This document shows positions 25,894-28,468 of a stretch of DNA of 28,468 nucleotides, one piece after another (within the stretch, counting starts at the first letter, position 1; every line of letters begins with the position of its first letter). Both the position numbers and the translations under genes were made by a program. The notes beneath the pieces were generated by a model, which worked only from the letters and a program-made list of their open reading frames with translations, was not told the DNA's origin and made no database searches. Source of the DNA: a virus (Duplodnaviria; Caudoviricetes); the IMG/VR virus record IMGVR_UViG_3300020362_000095, positions 1-28,468 of that record; one strand, given 5' to 3'.

Positions 25894-26185
25894 ACAAAAT
25901 AGTTATCCACCAAGTGGAACTTTATTTGCAACCAAGGAAAAAAGAACTGAAAAGTCTCCGGATTATACCGGTCAGTTTGAATTGTCACATGAGGTTATAA
26001 TAGATCTCTATGGTCAAATGAAAGAGGGTGTTGAAAAGCCTATATTTAGTATGGTTGGTTGGAAGAAGTATAGTAACAGAACCGGAGTTTCATTTCTTTC
26101 TGTAAGAGGAAATGTTTATGAGCCAAAGGAATTAAAAGACATACCTAGACCTAAGCCAAAGAGCAAAGAAGATTTTGAAATTTAA
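25886..26185 (+). CDS. ssDNA-binding protein (DUF736-like)
   Basis: GTLF..KEK..EKSPDYTG, acidic/aromatic tail; follows the annealing protein. Confidence 0.6.
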   Translation: MSEQNSYPPSGTLFATKEKRTEKSPDYTGQFELSHEVIIDLYGQMKEGVEKPIFSMVGWKKYSNRTGVSFLSVRGNVYEPKELKDIPRPKPKSKEDFEI

Positions 26186-26200
26186 TTAAGGGAGAAAATA

Positions 26201-26434
26201 ATGGAAGACAACAAACCACAATCAAATGTTCCTAACGTCAGTTTCGAGGCTGTGAAAACTTCAATGATGCAAGACAAGAATGGAACAAATATTAAACTAA
26301 CAATACATCCAAACGATGTTCCGGCTAAATTACACAAAGATTGGGTTGGATCTCGTTACATGGTTGTTATGGTCAAGATAAATGACGATGGCACTCCGGA
26401 TCAAGGAGAGGATGATGTCATCAAACAAGCATAA
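26201..26434 (+). CDS. Conserved hypothetical protein
   Basis: AGGGAG RBS; IHPNDVP...GSRYMVVMV. Confidence 0.7.
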   Translation: MEDNKPQSNVPNVSFEAVKTSMMQDKNGTNIKLTIHPNDVPAKLHKDWVGSRYMVVMVKINDDGTPDQGEDDVIKQA

Positions 26435-26654
26435 TGAAGATGAGGTTATGTCTGAAGAGTATTTAACTCTTCAAGGCTTGGCTAAAATGCTTGCGATAAC
26501 AAAGCCAACTCTTTACAAGATCATAAGAAATGAGGAACTTGGTTTTCCCAAGCCTTTTCCATTGATGAACACACAACAAAGGAAAAAGAACCTTTGGAGC
26601 AAGAAAGAAGTTCGAGAATGGCTTGAGCATCAGAGAGATCAAAAAGTTACGTAA
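26415..26654 (+). CDS. AlpA/excisionase-like winged HTH DNA-binding protein
   Basis: YLTLQGLAKMLAITKPTLYKII...FPKP...WSKKEVREWL. Confidence 0.8.
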   Translation: MSSNKHNEDEVMSEEYLTLQGLAKMLAITKPTLYKIIRNEELGFPKPFPLMNTQQRKKNLWSKKEVREWLEHQRDQKVT

Positions 26655-26658
26655 AGTT

Positions 26659-27105
26659 ATGGCTAGGATAAAATACGAGTCTCAAGATAACCTCAGACAA
26701 GAAAAAAATGTTTTAGGACACATGTCACGATTGTGGGATGTGTCTTATTCTAAATTGCCACTAGATTACAAATTAGATTATGCGATGTATAGAAATGATA
26801 CTTTGGTAGGTTTTGCTGAAGTAAAATGCAGAAAGCCATCAATAAAAGATTTTCCAACTTATATAATATCTTTAGCCAAGATTATGAAAGCAAGAAGACT
26901 AGCATCTGTAACCGGAACTAAATCAGTTTTGATTGTTAGTTGGTCTGATGCAACTGGCTGGATAGATGTGTTCTCAGATTTTATTGTAAAACAAGGTGGC
27001 AGAAAAGATAGAGAAGATTGGCAAGACGAAGAGCCGGTGTGCCACTTTGATATTAATGATTTTAAAATAATTTCACACAATGATTTATCCGGCAGCCAAA
27101 AATAA
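26659..27105 (+). CDS. PD-(D/E)XK family endonuclease
   Basis: LDYAMYR...GFAEVKCR; GGRKDR. Confidence 0.7.
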   Translation: MARIKYESQDNLRQEKNVLGHMSRLWDVSYSKLPLDYKLDYAMYRNDTLVGFAEVKCRKPSIKDFPTYIISLAKIMKARRLASVTGTKSVLIVSWSDATGWIDVFSDFIVKQGGRKDREDWQDEEPVCHFDINDFKIISHNDLSGSQK

Positions 27106-27118
27106 CAAAGAGGTAGAT

Positions 27119-27334
27119 ATGTCACATTTTAAGTTAGCAAAAAAAGAAATTGAGATGTTTGTTTTATCAATGAAAATACATAGAAAAAAAATAGATGAAG
27201 AACATCCTCATTCTGATACCTATGAGTATTTGCATCCGGTATCTAAACAAAGAAGATATCTTGATAGCTTGATAGGTAAAATGGAGAATGAATTAAAAGT
27301 AAGGTCGATGCGACCACATAAAGTAACAGTATAA
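27119..27334 (+). CDS. Hypothetical protein
   Basis: GAGG RBS then ATG 27119. Confidence 0.65.
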   Translation: MSHFKLAKKEIEMFVLSMKIHRKKIDEEHPHSDTYEYLHPVSKQRRYLDSLIGKMENELKVRSMRPHKVTV

Positions 27335-27344
27335 GGAGTGATGT

Positions 27345-27545
27345 ATGTTTAAAGCGATGGCACTAATATGTAGTGCTTGGATAGCAAATGGAGAGGCGAA
27401 GCAAGCATGCTTTACTCACATGTTTGAATGGGAGTTTGAGACAAAAAAAGAATGTCAAATAAAGCTGTTGTATTATCGAGCCAAGGAAGTACCACCATAC
27501 CACAACATAGTTTTAGGGGAATGTATAAAGGTTAATAAACTATGA
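27345..27545 (+). CDS. Small Cys-containing, possibly exported protein
   Basis: AAGGAG RBS; hydrophobic N-terminus, four Cys. Confidence 0.65.
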   Translation: MFKAMALICSAWIANGEAKQACFTHMFEWEFETKKECQIKLLYYRAKEVPPYHNIVLGECIKVNKL

Positions 27546-27937
27546 GGAGACCTAATGAGAGTTGGTCAAGTTTTACTTCTAGACTTTGTAAAATTGTAAA
27601 CGAAAGAGAAAAAGAGAGAAAAGACTTTTTATATAAATTCAATATAGCATTAGAAAAAAGCAGAAAAGCAAAAGTAAAGCTAAATCCTAATGCTAAAACA
27701 AAAGCAAAGAAAAGAAAACTTGTCCAAGAATACAAAGTGATGATGGGTTGTTCTAAATGTGGATACAAAGAAAATCCGGATATTTTGCATTTTCACCACA
27801 TTGACCCAACAACTAAAATAGCTAATATATCAAGAATGGTTGGTAAAAATCACAGCATGGAAAGAATTAAAAATGAAATAGCAAAGTGTAAACTGCTTTG
27901 CATAACGTGTCATCATAAGGAGCATGGAATCAAATGA
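27542..27937 (+). CDS. HNH endonuclease
   Basis: CSKCG...LHFHHID...KCKLLCITCHHKEH. Confidence 0.85.
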   Translation: MRRPNESWSSFTSRLCKIVNEREKERKDFLYKFNIALEKSRKAKVKLNPNAKTKAKKRKLVQEYKVMMGCSKCGYKENPDILHFHHIDPTTKIANISRMVGKNHSMERIKNEIAKCKLLCITCHHKEHGIK

Positions 27938-28191
27938 AACTAGCAGATGGATATGAAAAGGCATTTATTGGAACGACCATAAGTGCTTTTGGAAGAAAAC
28001 AAGTAGCATTATATGACTATGATAAATGTATAATGATACTCATGAATGATAATGATTGGAATGAAGAAGAAGCTATAGAATGGTTTAACTTCAACACAAT
28101 AGGGTCTTGGGTAGGCGAAGATACTCCCATATTTGTTAACGTACATAAACTAGACGTTATAAATGATTTCTTGGAGGATGACGATGAGTGA
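27934..28191 (+). CDS. Conserved acidic phage protein
   Basis: ADGYEKAFIG...EEAIEWFNFNTIGSWVGEDTP; ATGA overlap. Confidence 0.75.
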   Translation: MKLADGYEKAFIGTTISAFGRKQVALYDYDKCIMILMNDNDWNEEEAIEWFNFNTIGSWVGEDTPIFVNVHKLDVINDFLEDDDE

Positions 28192-28429
28192 TAACGTAAA
28201 CAGACCAAGCCACTATAGAAAAGGCAAAGTAGAATGTATTGATGCAATTAAGTCTGCCTTAGCTGAGGGCTACGAGTATTACTTACAAGGAAATATATTA
28301 AAATATGTATGGAGATATAACCACAAGAACCAAATAGAAGATCTTGAAAAAGCACAATGGTATCTCAAAGAATTAATAAAAGTAAAAAAAAGACCACCTA
28401 ACAATTACCTCCCGGGAGGTGGTTCTTAG
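28184..28429 (+). CDS. DUF3310 protein (T7 gp1.7-like nucleotide kinase family)
   Basis: VNRPSHY, ECIDAI, GNILKYVWRY, EDLEKAQWYL. Confidence 0.85.
   Translation: MSDNVNRPSHYRKGKVECIDAIKSALAEGYEYYLQGNILKYVWRYNHKNQIEDLEKAQWYLKELIKVKKRPPNNYLPGGGS
28384..28425 (-). terminator. Probable terminator for a convergent minus-strand transcript
   Basis: GACCACCT/AGGTGGTT stem with a large loop, preceded by an A-run. Confidence 0.45.
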
Positions 28430-28468
28430 ACTAAAACTTTACGTAAACTTTTGCTAACTACTATCATG

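Noticed and set aside
26415-26654. Excisionase implying an integrated prophage
   Set aside because: No integrase, att site or host genes in the window, so lifestyle cannot be called
15407-28247. Antisense or nested ORFs in the right arm (e.g. 15407-15826, 18574-18885, 25483-25791, 26859-27125)
   Set aside because: Overlap real genes and show low-complexity shadow translations
353-28452. Palindromic repeats as a CRISPR array or transposon ends
   Set aside because: Copies are kilobases apart, degenerate and not associated with a transposase or regular spacers

Overview
AT-rich (roughly one-third GC by eye) fragment of a tailed dsDNA phage, probably a marine podovirus-like phage with an alphaproteobacterial host (inference). 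1-13.7 kb is a minus-strand late/morphogenesis operon: terS, terL, P22-like portal, GroES, scaffold, decoration proteins, major capsid protein, a run of small very basic proteins and a head-tail adaptor. 13.9-20.4 kb is a plus-strand early operon with small ORFs, a MoxR-type AAA+ ATPase and a HExxH-metallopeptidase/VWA partner. Its intergenic spaces are unusually RNA-structured: a ~180-nt multibranched RNA right after a sigma70 promoter, RNase III-like stems, a type III hammerhead ribozyme at 18208-18260 and a second structured RNA cluster at 19.54-19.81 kb. 20.5-28.5 kb carries replication/recombination genes (T7 gp4-like primase-helicase, RusA-like resolvase, Cas4-like exonuclease, annealing protein, SSB-like, AlpA-like HTH, HNH, DUF3310). 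Two window-scale signals stand out: a 20-bp palindrome (AAAACTTTACGTAAAGTTTT) recurring 8 times at gene boundaries, and a sharp oligonucleotide boundary at ~12.6-13.0 kb, right of which GANTC, GGCC, GCGC and CCAG/CTGG almost vanish while CCGG and GATC are enriched. All motif counts are manual and approximate, and family names come from motif recognition rather than database searches.
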